Source of the DNA: Eledone cirrhosa | Taxonomy: Eukaryota | Direction: 5' to 3' | Assembly (NCBI GenBank): GCA_964016885.1 | Contig: OZ024740.1 | Location: 397,172,001-397,236,000 of the forward strand | Length of the DNA stretch: 64,000 nucleotides | Shown: positions 29,203 to 43,267 of the stretch, in pieces | How positions within the stretch are numbered: position 1 is the stretch's first letter | Layout: every line of letters begins with the position of its first letter | Made by a program: the position numbers and the translations under genes | Notes under the pieces: generated by a model | Database searches by the model: none | Told to the model about the DNA's origin: nothing | Seen by the model: the letters and a program-made list of their open reading frames with translations, nothing else

Positions 29203-29750
29203 GGTGGCTGCCAACTCGTTTTCGAGTACGGCCACTACTTTATATCCATGTAGGAGAACCCCTACCAATGCGCTGAACGAGTGTGACTTTTTAGTCCAGC
29301 CAGCGACTTGAAAACGCTGGTACAAACACTACACTTGTGACAATTATTGACACATAGTGCTGGGCCCATGGTACCATGTGACGACAAGTGCAGAGAGATC
29401 TCCAGATATAAAGCAATGCCTGTGCCGTGAAGCTTTTATAGTGAGCAAAGGCACTGCACAAAGCCAGTCCCACTCTCTTAACCAAGATGATATTTACCAA
29501 AAAGAAGAACAAGTCAACATCATTGGATACCATCAGGGTTGCAGGTGTTATATCAGAGTTTTCCTTCTCCTAGAATTCTGCCTTGACAAAGACTAAGGGG
29601 TCATCTCTCCCGGTGATTTTGGATGGCCATTGACTCTTAAGAGTTGCTCTTTGACAGGTTTTGTTTTTAGTCCTGCAGGATGTCCAAAGTCACCCTCCTC
29701 ACCAAGAAACCTTGGTGGGGTTGCCAGTTTAGTCGCCAACGACCCGACCA
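29203..29750 (-). mobile_element. Family X non-coding element, copy 3
   Basis: Near-identical to 16130-16682; (TA)n flanks. Confidence 0.75.
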
Positions 29751-30559
29751 TATATATATATATACATATATGTACACACATACATACATATACATATGTA
29801 ATGGCCCTCTTCTTTCATGTTAAGGAGGTGAAATCAGAATGTAAGAGGTCATATTACTCTAAGAGATATTGCAAGGCACCACATATGATGCTACAACAGT
29901 CACAGCAGTGCCACTCCATTGTAACCTTGAATGCAAGCAACACACACACACAAGTAAAACATATAAATATATACAGTATAAAAATAAATATGGTATACAT
30001 ATATTAATTTATATATAATAAAGAGCAACACAGATAAGGAAAACATTCTGTAAATGCGAGTACAGGAAGGAGAGATGTGGTCATTAAAATAGCAGAATGT
30101 TCCACTCTCTGTACTCAGATTTATGGACATTTCCTTGACACTGATTCTTTAATCTTCCGACGAGATACAAACCTATTTAAATACATACTAGGTGTAGAAT
30201 ATAAGTATTCTTCCTTATGTTTGTATTATTATTATCATAATCATTATTATTTATTACACTTGTCTATCCTAGTTAAGTGTTTAATGAAATTTGTGTTGAA
30301 ACAATTGTAAAGAATTAAATGATTTGAGAAGTTTTATCTGTTATCTTAATTTGTTTTATATGTTCTGTGTTAAAATTGCCACTTTTCTTTTACTCTTAAG
30401 ATTCTCTTCCCAATATTTCTATCCGAAAGAGCATAAACACTTAAATATGTGTGCTGTGTAATGTGAGTGAAGGGTGCATATGTGTTAGATGATATGAAAG
30501 GATGTTATATGGGTTAATATGTGTGTGGGTGAAGGGATCATGGAATGTATACTATTATG

Positions 30560-31180
30560 GTGTAGGTGCATGTGTAAGAGTTTGGTACATTCAGTCAAAA
30601 TACCAGTTCCTCAGTCCGGAATTGAGAGGCTGGTAGATCAGTGTGTAAGACAAAACTGAAAACAGAGAGATGTTGTGCAAAGTGAGTGGGGGGGAAAGAA
30701 TTGTTTGAAATTTAGATTATCATTGCCAAGTTGAATGTCCTTCAGGGGCTCTGTGAATTTGTCTATCAGGCAGCAGCCTGTTTGTCCAATGTAAATTGAT
30801 CTGCAGAGTGAATACCAAAGAGCATAGATGACTTTAAGGAAGGTACAAGTAAAATGATTGATGTAGAAGGAATGATGATTCAAGCTAGTGTGGGTGTTAA
30901 TGTTGGCAAATAACGAACAGTTATGGCAATGGGATCAGGAAATAGAGCCAAGGTAATCCTAGGAGAGGGGGTCGAAGAATTATGGACATAGAGATAATGA
31001 GAGTGCTTAAAGGTGAAAGAAAAGGCTAGAGAAAAGGTAGGAAGTGCCAAAATCAGAAAGCAGGAGTCAGAAGCATTAAAAGATGTTGTAGGTGGAGAGG
31101 TGGTAGGAGGAAAGGGAAGGTTGTTGGTAGGGATGATCGCAGAGTGAGAGGGCTTAGGTGCAGTTGGCTTCACAAGGTGG
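30560..31180 (-). mobile_element. Decayed Penelope-like (Neptune-type) 3' remnant
   Basis: FTCTFLKVIYALWYSLCRSIYIGQTGCCLIDKFTEPLKDI is a degenerate GIY-YIG (VIY..YIGxT..R..F.EH); a degenerate CTGAGGA hammerhead-like core lies near 30610. Confidence 0.65.
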
Positions 31181-31261
31181 CTTGGATCAAGGTTGGGGGT
31201 GCATCCACATTCCCTATAATTAAATACTTTTCAAACTTTAATTCTTTTATCATTATTAAAT

Positions 31262-31400
31262 TAATTGTTTCTACTTTAGGCACAAGGCCAGCAATTACCC
31301 AGTGTATTACTGGTACTTTATTTTATCGACCCCGTAAGGATGAAAGGCAAAGTCAACCTCGGCGGGATTTGAACTCAGATCGTAAAGGGACGTAACTATG
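31262..31400 (-). mobile_element. SINE family 2, 5'-truncated
   Basis: Near-exact reverse complement of 31835-31972. Confidence 0.85.
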
Positions 31401-31794
31401 CGATCTATCGTTATTAAATTAATGTTAGAAAATGAATTTAACTTTGTAAATATACACTTGCTTAACAATGATATAATAAAATAATCATTTAAAATTTTAA
31501 TTAAATTTTGATGAATATAATTAGGTAAAAATCTTCCTTTGGAGAACTCTTTGATATTTTTGTTATCATTTTGGTCCTATATAGATAATAGTATTTTTGT
31601 TTTCATTTTAGGATGTTGTTATAATATTCTATACAACTAATTTTCTATAATTAAACATTTTTCAAACTTAGTTCCTTTATTCTTCATAAATATATATTAA
31701 ATAGTACATTTAAATTGCAAGTTAAAATGATGTTATTTCATTGACGTAGTATAGATATTTATACAATAATAATTTTGCTTCATTATTATCTTCT

Positions 31795-31973
31795 GGCAGT
31801 ATCGGTGGAGGGTCGGACGCCATGCTTTCCAGCATAGTTACGTCCCTTTACGATCTGAGTTCAAATCCCGCCGAGGTTGACTTTGCCTTTCATCCTTACG
31901 CGGTCGATAAAATAAAGTACCAGTAATGCACTGGGTAATTGCTGGCCTTGTGCCTAAAGTAGAAACAATTATT
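31795..31973 (+). mobile_element. SINE family 2 (tRNA-like head, ATT tail)
   Basis: GAGTTCAAATCCC B box, then GAGGTTGACTTTGCCTTTCATCC..GTCGATAAAATAAAGTACCAG. Further decayed copies at ~25370-25520, 26910-27310 and 34105-34295. Confidence 0.85.
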
Positions 31974-32219
31974 ATCTTCTTTAAACTGTTTCATTATTAA
32001 CTTTCCTTATACTCAAATAAATTTTAATAATGTAAATTCTATTTCTCGTATTTTTTATAAACACTATTAAGTTATACTTTCTATGTACTTGATATGTTTT
32101 TACCAAAAGGTTTATCATATATATCTTTTATTGAATTTTTAATATCTTATTAGATAAATGTGTAGAGATTATTTGATTATAAATTCTATCTCTTCATCAT
32201 ATCTTTTATTTTTCATTTT

Positions 32220-33160
32220 CTCTCACATTGATATTGATGGTACAAGAATGTTTGAGCAGTGGGTGGAACCATATTGCCATTTAAGCATAGTCAGAAATGT
32301 AAAAAGATGTTACACATCTGAAATTCTGTATTTTTTGTTTAATGACAGAAAGAACATTTTGTCTTGTGGTTTTTAAACAAATTCTTCTTCAAGCACAAAG
32401 TATTAACAAAATGTCTGAGGCTCAAATATAAGATCTGATTAAATTATTCAGTGATCTACAATGTATTATAGATTCCCTTAGGCCAATTATTCTTATACCA
32501 GGAAAACATTTAAGCAAGATGGGTGTCTTCTGGATTTTGTAGGGCCAAAACCTGCCCAAGTTTTCAATTTGTAAATAAACTTTCCCAATGTAAATTTCAT
32601 CTACAAAAGAAAATTAACTGTGAAAGATGCATTAAATTTGTTGTTGAGTAAATTAAGAAGTTACTACCGGGCAATTTTAAAGTTTTAGAATCCATGAAAT
32701 ATTTTTGTATGCTTGAGTACCTCAATCCTATCAAACCTCAAATTTTAGGCCTTGCAAAATTATGAACACGACATGACCATGCCTAAAGTATATTTTCAAT
32801 AGTAGCAGCTACAGAATATACCCTGGATTGAAGTTTCAAATACGATTTCATTTTAGACCAATGTGTCTTTGTATAGAGATTCTGCTGAAGAAAATCTATA
32901 AAAAGAGCCTTTTGATTTAGCATACACAATACTTATTTTCCATCTACCAAATTTAGATGTGGAAAAAAATGTTAGTATCATAAATATTGTTTATTTATTC
33001 ATTATGCAATCATGTGAATTTAAAGACTTTGAAAGGAAGTTTATCTATAAATTATGGTCTAACACATAATGATAAATGTGACTTCAGTTACAAATTACTG
33101 AAAGATATCTTGCAGAAAATAGGAACAACAGAAACTTATATCCTGATTCCAGAAGGGAGC
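32220..33160 (+). pseudogene. hAT transposase remnant
   Basis: Manual translation gives RMFEQW..CYTSEILY..FND, KKLLPGNFKVLESM, and YRDSAEENL*KEPFDLAYTILIFHLPNLDVEKNVSIINIV (decayed hAT dimerisation motif LP.SNA.VER.FS), then NLKTL..YGL. Several stops and frameshifts. Confidence 0.7.
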
Positions 33161-33531
33161 TTCAATATAAGTCAAATGAGTTATGTTCTTTTAAAATCTA
33201 TTTCAAATGTTTTAGCAACAATGTTTACTAGATAATCAATTCCTGCCCTTATTTGTACACTTTTTATCTTAGCATGTTATTTTATAGCCTTCCAACAAAA
33301 TATTGTGCACCTTTAACCCTAATTTAGCATGTCTGCTCTTGAATAAATGGGCAACATTGTTCTCAACTACTCTGTCAATACAAAAATAATATATATTTTA
33401 CAGATGCTATTCATTGAAGCATTATGTTTATTGTTATAAAAGTAATGAAAGGTAAGTTCATACATATGAGGTATGTATGTGTGCATGTTTGTATACTCAC
33501 ACATATTTACACATTGATTGACACACACGCA

Positions 33532-33800
33532 CATCATCATTTAACGTCCATTTTCCACACTAGCATGGGTTAGACGGGTTGACCCATTAGAGGTTCTGGC
33601 TAGGTTTCTATGGCTGGATGCTATTCCTAATACCAAACACATTTACAGTGTGTGCCTTTTGATGTGACTCCTACAGTGTGGGCAAGATGCTTTTTTGTTG
33701 TGATACCAACATAACTTTACAATGTAAGTGTGGTGTGGGGAAGGAAGTATAGTGGTTAAGACATGCTGCCTGCTAGATGTATGTTTGAGTCCATGGGTGT
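33532..33800 (-). mobile_element. Old RTE-type 3' tail
   Basis: CATCATCATTTAACGTCCATTTTCCACACTAGCATGGGTTAGACGG resembles family A/B termini. Similar old tails lie at ~10740-10950 and ~24485-24720. Confidence 0.65.
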
Positions 33801-34889
33801 AGGGGAGTAAGGAATGTTATATGACAAAACAAGGCGCCCTTGTTATGTAAAAGTGAAAGTAAACATTTATTTATTCTTTATGAGATCAGTCATAGTTTCA
33901 CGTGGACTCCACCAGTGAACCACACTATTGATAAAAATACATTATCAGCAAAGAACAGCATATAAATCACAAAATCATCAGTTGCCCATGACTCTGACAA
34001 TCAAAATCAATTACGATTGTCCTTTTGAAACAGTTAATAAAGAAGTGTGAAATTAGAAAGTGTGTTTATATATCACAAAACTGAAATCAAATATAATATA
34101 TATACCTTAAGCACAGGGCCAGCAATTTGAAAGGAAGGGGAAAGTCGGTTAAATCGACCCCAGTGCTTACTGGTACTTTATTTTATCGCCCCCATAAGGA
34201 TGGAAGGCAAAGCTAACCTCGGCAGGATTCAAACTCAGAACGTAAATGGCCATAACTCTATGCAGCAAAGCATGGTGTCTGATGCTCTACCAATAGCTTT
34301 AGTTTACTTAAATCTATTTGTTAGAATGAATCCTAATTCTCAATACTTTGTTTTGTTTGAGTTTAAAATTGTTCTACTTTGTTTGAATTAAAACATTTTT
34401 TAAATGTTTTTTCTTTTAATTTTAATGTTGGTCAATTTCTAGTAATTAGAAAATATTGTGACTTATTGATAACATTTTGTGTATCTACCTACAACTTTGA
34501 TTATTCAGGGTGAAGATGGATTTTTAGGTATTTATATCAATTAAATTAGTGACTTCAAAACATAAAAATATTCTTATTAAAATAACAATATCACTACTGG
34601 TGTTGCAAAATCATCTGCATCATATATCAGTATGGAAATCTGGTATCTCAACTCTACTAATAAGTATGAGTGTGTGTAAGCACAAAATAACTTCTGACAC
34701 AAAAGATGAATAGCAGGACCTGAGATATACACTCCCACAATCGGAAGTCCTGGAGACATGTATATGTCTGTGTGTGTGTGTGCACAGACACGTGTGCACA
34801 CACACACACACTCACACATACCCCCCACACACACATGCCCACACACACATCTCTAGATTTAGGTTTAACCATGAAGTGAACCATTGCTA

Positions 34890-35790
34890 ATATTGAATAT
34901 GATGCTCAGTGCAGCAGAATACAAGAAGCATAGCCTTAAAAATCAAGGGAATGTTATTATGTTATATCTTGAACAATATAGTTTTTCATCAAAATTACCT
35001 GCATCAGAAATTAGTGTATTCCAAATGATCAGTGTATCATGAGAAGAATTTTGAGTACTTCAAGAATCAAAAGTATATTTCAAACACCTCAGTAAAGTAG
35101 AAAAGAACCTTGAAGGTTATATTATTATACATATATTTCCCTCTGTACAGAATGAAAATTCTCAGCTGATGGCTTCTGCAATTTGCCAGAAAATGCTACA
35201 CAGCATTTAGAACGAGAGGAAATAGCAGAAACAGGAACAATTCCTTATGCTGATATTGATTTTGAGGAGAAAACGATTTTCATAAGAGTCATTTCTTGGA
35301 GTTATCCAGTTAAAATGAAAACTATGCTGAAAAAAACAGTGGCAGTCATTTTGGAACAACTTTTAAAAGACAAAATGCCCTTTGAAGTTTGTTAATTTGA
35401 ACATTATGATGAGGTTTTACTTATAGCTGGTTTTAAATGTGATGTTCAACAGAGGGTTAATGAAAACTTTTGCAAAGCTATTTTTATAAACTCCGATAAT
35501 TATTTTCAGATTTTGGTTGAAGTGCATGCTGTTAACCTTAATGTATTGATGGTAGCTTTTTTTGTTGTAGTTTAGTAACTTTATTGATTTTTTTCTTGCT
35601 TAGATAATGCCTTTTGGCAAAAGATGAAAGGTGTTTTACCAATACGTGTCAAATTTGAATCTGAAACTCTATGTAGTTACAGAACAGAAACTATGAAGCC
35701 AGTTAGTAAATACTTTGATATCATAGTGGAACTTTGGCAAAGCATGCTTGATGATCAAAAACAAACTACTGATACAAAATGCAGGTGCAG
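34890..35790 (+). pseudogene. Unidentified decayed protein-coding-like sequence
   Basis: Long protein-like frames broken by isolated stops (..LPENATQHLERE..KMPFEVC*FEHYDEVLLIAGFKCDVQ..; ttag|DNAFWQKMKGVLPIRVKFESE..TKCR|gtgcag). No family recognised. Confidence 0.3.
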
Positions 35791-37002
35791 TATAAAATTT
35801 TGACTTTTAATTCTTTTTTTTTTTTGCAGGGAGGGGAGGGGGGGGGTTAAAGTTAAAGTTTTTAAAAAATTATTCTGATTGATCAGCTTAAAAAATGACT
35901 CCAAAACCATGTCATGTACTTTCATGGTATAAATTATAATTTTAAAAACTCTTCAAGTTTCTTTTTTAAAGAAAATGAAAATCATTAACCAGTGAGTCAC
36001 TTGAAGCTGGAAGGACACTGTACTGAATGGGTTATTTAAATAGAAAGGCAACATAGTAAGAAAAAACAGATGTCTGATGTGGAAAAAATATGTTGGATCT
36101 GCAAAAGAATAAATAGTATTGAGCAACTCCATAATGAAATGGAAAGAAAAAATGTCCATCTCCAAAGTTTCAATGTGTTTTAGATGCTAAAGAATTACTG
36201 TCTGACTCAAATGAAAACATCAGTATTGATAATGTAAGAAAAGTTATTTCAACATTGGACTGTTTTATAGCACTGATATAGACGAATTTAAGCTTATGTT
36301 ATTATTTGTAATATAAAATGTATAATTGGATGTTGTAGCAATGACGTCATATGAATGTTTTTGAGTGCCACAAGTGTGCAAGTGAATAATGGCAGAGAAG
36401 CAAACAGAAAAAGAATTTAATATGCATGTTTTTAACCAAGGTGGAAATAGACATTTAGCTGAACACATCTTATTATTTAAGACAGCTGAAAATATAAAAA
36501 GATGAAAGCTAATTCTATTCTGTATGCTGCTTTTACTAATGCCCATTGGGAAGAGAAAGAGATAGTTGTTCAAACTGCCAAGTGGATGAGCTACTAGAGC
36601 AGGGTTTTCCAGCCTGAGGGATTTCAACTATTAGGTGGGTAATCAGCAACTGAATAGAAAATGTTTTTTTTTTAATAATTTGGATAAAAATCAGATAAGG
36701 GAAGACCAAGAACAACTTTGCTAGTAAAATTAGAAGTGATTTCCCGATAAACTCTCCAATGCTGTCAACACCAAGAGATCACACATAAAAATTGACACAG
36801 ATGATCACCTCAAAGAACTCTGACGACATGTAGACAGGGACGCAGGGATGACAATGCTATACAAAATATGAGAATCCCCAGAGAAGAACTGTCCACAGTT
36901 AAATGCACATGCTCATGTAAACATATCTGTTTGAACACATGTTTGAACACATTTTCAGATAAGAAATCTTGCAAAAGAAATACAAAAACGAAGTCTCTCT
37001 CT

Positions 37003-37054
<52 letters not shown>

Positions 37055-37082
37055 AATATATATATACATATATGTATGTATA

Positions 37083-39990
37083 ATCATCATCATCATCACC
37101 GTTTTACATCTGTTCTTCCACGCTAGCATGGGTTAGACGTGTTGTCCTGTTGTGGGCAGTGTCTGGTCGGCTGACCATGTCTTGCTCATACAGGAACTGA
37201 TTCTGGCTTGATTTCTACAGCTGGATGCCCTTCCTAACACCAACCTCATTTACAGTGAGTGGTGGGTGCTTTTTTTCCGTGGCGCCTACACGTCCACTTT
37301 ACAGTGTGGGCTAGGTGCTTTTTTGTTGTGGCACCTCCACAACCACTTTGCAGTGAGAGGGTGTGGGGGATATTATCTATATGCTTCAGCTTCGGCTTGT
37401 ACCCATGGGAGGTCGGGTCTTCTGTATTACTGTGTGACGCCAGAGGCCACAGTCATGTGTCATCACCTTTGAGAGGTGTAATTGGGTAAGGTCGGCTTTT
37501 ATCACCTCATCCCAGGTCTTCTTGGGTCTCCCCACTCCGCGGCTTCCATCGACTTCTAGTGCTCTGCACCTTTTTATGCAGCTGTCATCCTTCATACACT
37601 TCACATGTCCATACCAATGCAACCTCCTCTCCTGCACACAGCATTTGATTCCTCTTATGCTCAGTCTCTCTCTCAATTCGATTATGCTTTGCCGGTCGCA
37701 TATATTACTATTACACATCCATCGGAACATGCAGACTTCGTTTCTTTCTAATCTATGCAAGTCTTCTACAGACAGCGCCCAGGTCTCACTTCCATGTAAC
37801 ATTGCTGTTCGTATACACGCATCATACAGTCTGCCTTTCATTTTGAGGGAAAACCTTTTGCAGTTAGCAGTGGCAGTAGCTCACTGAACTTCTTCCATTC
37901 CATTCTTACCCTAGTTATTGTACTTTCCGAACACCCACCGCCGCTGCTAATTCGGTCACCTAGGTAGCAGAAGCTGCCTACTGTTTCTACAGAGCCCTCC
38001 CAGAGTTTGGTGGTGCTTGCTTCCTGTGGCCATTTGCTGCTTGCTATCCCAGCACAGCTGCTACATGTGAAGCCTACATTCTTAGTTAAGCTTCCTGAGA
38101 TCCCACTACATCGCTTGTGTACTCATTGTTTGCATTTGGGAAGAAGATGGAGTTCCTACCTACACCTTTCCTACATACTGAGCAAGGCCATTTCCCTGAG
38201 GGGATCTGGGTTCTGTTTTCTCGTCTACTGACAAGGACCTTAGTCTTTGCCAGGTTGACTTTGAGACCCTTTCTTTATAATCCCTGCTTCCATGTTTGGA
38301 ATTTCTTCTCTAGTTCTACCATAGATTCAGCTATAAGTGCGAGGTCATCTGTATACAGGAGTTCCCATGGGCATCCGGTCTTAAACTCCTCCGTTATTGC
38401 CTGCAAAACTATGATGAACAGGAGAGGGCTAAGAACAGAGCTTTGGTGGACACCGACCTGTATGCTAAATTCCTTGCTATAGTCATTGCTAATCCTAACT
38501 TTGCTGACTGCTCCCCTATACATGGCTTGTACAGTTTTCCCAAGCCATTCATCTACTCTTAGTTTTGTAAGAGCCCACCAGATTATAGCACGTGGAACTC
38601 TGTCAAAGGCTTTCTCCAGATCGACGAATGCCAGGTAGAGCGGCTTACTTTTAGCTAGGTACTTTTCCTGTAACTGCCTCACAAGGAAGAGGGCATCAGT
38701 AGTGCCTTTTCCTGGCACAAACCCAAATTGTATCTCATCTAGTTTCACCCGGTCCCTAATCAACTGTGCTATAACTCCTTCTGTTACTTTCATTACCTGG
38801 TCCATCAGCTTTATACCTCTATAGTTTCCTCTATCTAGTGCATCACCTTTACCATTGTAGCAGTTGACAATGATGCTGCTGCACCAATCCTTTGGTATGA
38901 CACCTAGTATTACCTGGTTAACAATACGTGTGGTTATGGTGTAACCTCCTCCTGCCTGTGGTCTTATTCCAACCACAGATCTCATCCGTCGCCTTTAGTA
39001 AGTTATCTTTTAGGAACTCCCAGTGCTCTTCTACATTGAATGTCTCTATCTGTTCTTCTTTACTGTCATAGGCGTCGAGTAAAATATCTTTAAATCTATT
39101 ACTGGCTGAGGGGTATTTCTTCTCCAGGTTGCCTTCTGTTTCCAAGTTTGTCTAGTTCTGACCGTGAGGTTGCTGACAACTAAGCTATGTTGGGAGGTCC
39201 ATCTGTCACGTCCTCTGATGAGGATAAAATCTATCTGACTAGAATGCTCCCCTGATCTATAGGTTATCAGGTGGTTGTCGGGTTTTTTGAAGTTTGTGTT
39301 ACATATCGACATGTCATTGGCGTCGCATAATTCTAGAAGCCTGAAGCCTTCTTCATTTCTTGTGCCAAACCCCTGTCCTCCATGGACTCTATAGAAGCCG
39401 ACACAGTGTTTACCTACGTGTCCATTAAAATCTCCTGCAATGATTAGGAAGTCATAGTCATTTGTTAGAGCAGAAGTGTGTATTAGGGACTCATAAAACC
39501 TATGCTTAAGTTAGTCTGGCAACCCCGATCGGGGTGCGTGAGCTGATATTATTGTGGTAATTGTTTTATTCAGGACTAGTCTGAGTTTAATGATTCTTGC
39601 ATTCACTCTGTTCATTGAGATTACCTTATCTACTCCTTTGTCAGCTAGTAGGATACCTACCCCTCCCATCCCGTTGTCATTCCCCACCAAGAAAAATTTG
39701 TAGCACTGACTTTTGCTTACAAGCACTTTAGTGGACTCCCTCTCTCCATTTAGTCTCTTGCACACAGCATACATCAATTTCCTTTCGCTCTAGCATCTCT
39801 ACAATTTCTCCTGCTCTTCCTTTCATTGTGCTTACATTGATGGTTCCAACTCGGAGTTTTGGGCATTTGCCAACATTTGTGGGAAAGGGTAAATTTTTGC
39901 AGGGGTGTGTGTATGCTTCCTGTCTCTGAATTAAAAACTTTGCCTGGGTGCTTGGTAACTCGCGGATTCATATTCATTTCTTAATTCGGG
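37083..39990 (-). mobile_element. RTE family B-related near-full-length decayed copy
   Basis: APE remnants (GVGILLA, IISAHAP, GDFNGHVG, SQIDFIL), RT (YTDD) and (GAT)n tail; several frameshifts and a ~0.5-kb deletion at ~38945. Confidence 0.9.
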
Positions 39991-40608
39991 GTTGCTCCAT
40001 TTATCCTCAACTCATCCATACATAACAGTAAGAAAATTCAGGGCTAGAAGAACAGTGGTGGTGGTAATGGCAAGGTTTGTTGGGGCTGGTAAGGGTGAGA
40101 AGAAAGGTAGTAGTAGTAGTAGTAATGGCAGTTTATTTGAGTTGGTAATGGGGGTGGGGGGGACATGTTGCTGAGGTTTGATTGGTTGAGTAGGCTATGG
40201 TGGTGTGAGGGGGAGGGCAATTGTGAGATAGGTAGCCATCATGGCTTATAGCATCTCAGGAGATTTGGGTGAAATAATCCGATACAAGTACGTGTATTAG
40301 ACAAGGCGAATATGTTAGGATTTCGAAGAAGTTCATCGTAAACCTCAAATAGAGAGAGGAAGGGAGGTAAGGGAATAGATGACTTCGTAGAGACAGTCAT
40401 AATAGTCAATGTGGGAAAAACAAGAGTAAAGAATAAATATGCGTTATATTTATGATATATATATATATATGCATATAATATATATATATATATGCATATA
40501 ATATATATATATGCATATAATATATATATATATATATATGCATATAATATATATGAGTATAATATATATATATATATATATATGCATATAATATATATAT
40601 ATGAGTAT

Positions 40609-43267
40609 ATGTGAGGAATGTACATCCCAACATAGCTTAGTTGTCAGCGACCTCATGGTCAGAACTAGACGAGCCCTGAAACAGAGGCCAACCTGGAGAA
40701 GAAAGATCTGGAAGCTGAAAGTCCCCTCAACCAGTAACAGATTTAAAGATATTTTACTCAACGCCTACGACAGTAAAGAAGAACAGATAGAGACATTTAA
40801 CGTAGAAGAGAACTGGGAGTTCCTAAAAAATAACTTACTAGAGGCGACGGATGAGGTTTGTGGCTGGAGTAAGACCTCAAGCAGGAGGAGAGTGACTTGG
40901 TGGTGGAACAATAAGGTAGATGAAGCAGTCAAGGCCAAGAGACAGGCATGGAAAGAATGGAAGAACGGGGGGAGCAGGGTACATTACATAGAGACCAAGA
41001 GGGAAGCTAGGCGACAAGTATACTTAGCTAGGAGGGAAGCAGAGGATAGAAAATTCAAGCATGTTTTACAACGTGAGGACCAGAAACAGGAGGTATTCAA
41101 GATTGCGAGGCAGTGTGTCAGAGATAGTTGTGATGTCATTGGAGAGAAGTGTATCCGGAATGATAAAGGTGAGCTTGCCCTCACAAGTGCTGAGAAGAAA
41201 GATGCATGGAAGAGTCATTATGATAGATTACTAAATGAGGAGAATGCATGGGAAGAAGAGAGCCTACCCCATGTAGACCCTATAGAGGGACCAGCAGTAC
41301 AAGTCAGCGGCAGCGTAGTAAGTAAGGCAATCAGAGATATGAAGATGGGGAAGGCAACCGGTCCATCGGGTATAGCTGCCGAGATGCTGAAGGCATCTGG
41401 GTCTGTAGGTCACACTATGACCACACGTATCGTTAACCAGGTAATACTAGAAGGGGCCATACCAAAAGATTGGTGCAGTAGCATCATTGTCAACTGCTAC
41501 AAAGGTAAAGGCGATGCACTAGATAGAGTAAACTATAGAGGTATAAAGTTGATGGACCAGGTCATGAAAGTAACAGAAAGAGTTATAGCACAGCTGATTA
41601 GGGACCCGGTGAATATAGACGAGATGCAATTTGGGTTTGTACCAGGGAGAGGCACCACTGATGCCCTCTTCCTTGTGAGGAAATTACAGGAAAAGTACCT
41701 AGCTAAAAGTAAGCCACTCTACTTGGCATTTGTCGACCTTGAGAAAGCCTTTGACAGAGTTCCACGTGCTGTAATCTGGTGGGCTCTTAGAAAACTAGGA
41801 GTAGATGAATGGCTTGTGAAAGCGGTACAAGCCATGTATAGGGGAGCAGTCAGCAAAGTTAGGATTAGCAATGAGTATAGCGAGGAATTTAGCGTACAGG
41901 TTGGGGTCCACCAGGGCTCTGTTCTTAGCCCTCTCCTGTTCATCATAGTCCTGCAGGCAATAACGGAGGAGTTTAAGACCGGATGCCCATGGGAACTCCT
42001 GTATGCTGATGACCTCGCACTCATAGCTGAATCTATGGTAGAACTAGAGAATAAATTCCAAACCTGGAAGCAGGGACTAGAGAGAAAGGGCCTCAAAGTC
42101 AACATGACAAAGACTAAGGTCCTTGTAAGTAGACGAGAAAACAGAACCCAGATCCCCTCAGGGAAATGGCCTTGCTCAGTATGTAGGAAAGGTGTAGGTA
42201 GGAACTCCATTCTCTGCCCCAAATGCAAACAATGGGTACACAAGAGATGTAGTGGGATCTCAGGAAGCTTAATTAAGAATGTAGGATTCACATGCAGCAG
42301 CTGTGCTGAAACAGCAAGCAAACAGCCACAGGAAACAAGTACCACCAATCTCTGGGAGGGCCCTGTAGAAACAGTAGACAGCTTCTGCTACCTAGGTGAC
42401 CGAATTAGCAACGGAGGTGGGTGCTCAGAAAGTACAATAACTAGGGTAAGAATGGGATGGAAGAAGTTTAGGGAACTACTACCACTGCTAGCTGCAAAAG
42501 GCTTCTCCCTCAGAATGAAAGGCAGACTGTATGATGCGTGTATCCAAACAGCGATGTTGCATGGTAGTGAGACCTGGGCGCTGAAGGTGGAAGACTTACG
42601 TAGATTAGAGAGAAACGAAGCCTGCATGCTCCGATGGATGTGTAACAGTAATATACGTGAACGACAAAGCATAAAGGAATTAAGAGAGAGACTGAGCATA
42701 AGAGGAATCAAATGCTGCGTGCAGGAGAGGCGGTTACGCTGGTATGGACATGTGATGCGTATGAAGGATGACAGCTGCATAGAAAGGTGCAGAGCACTAG
42801 AAGTTGATGGAAACCGCGGAGTGGGGAGACCCAAGATGACTTGGGATGAGGTGATAAAAGCCGACCTTACCCAACTACACCTCTCAAAGACAATGACACA
42901 CGACTGTGACTTCTGGCGTCACGCAGTAATACAGGGTACCCGACCTCCCATGGGTACATGCTGAAGCATATAAACAATATGCCCCCACTCCCCCCACCGC
43001 AAGGTGGTCGTGGAGGTACCACAGCAAAAAAAGCACCCAGCCCACACTGTAAAGTGGACGTGTAGGCGCCACGAAAAAGCACCCAGCACTCACTGTAAAT
43101 GAGGTTGGTGTTAGGAAGGGCATCCAGCTGTAGAAATCAAGCCAGATCAGTTCCTGTATGAGCAAGGCATGGTCAGCCGACCAGACACTGCCCACAACAG
43201 GACAACCCGTCAAACCCATGCTAGCGTGGAAGAACGGACGTAAAACGGTGATGATGATGATGATGAT
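40609..43267 (+). mobile_element. RTE family B, young 5'-truncated copy with uninterrupted ORF (to 42964)
   Basis: ~785 open codons from the end of APE (EECTSQH) through RT ([27 protein letters not shown]) to [12 protein letters not shown]; 3' UTR and (GAT)n tail. Confidence 0.95.

Noticed and set aside
41719-42834. Antisense ORFs over RTE coding sequence (also 45584-46525, 3417-3881)
   Set aside because: Shadow ORFs opposite RT genes, with no independent motifs.
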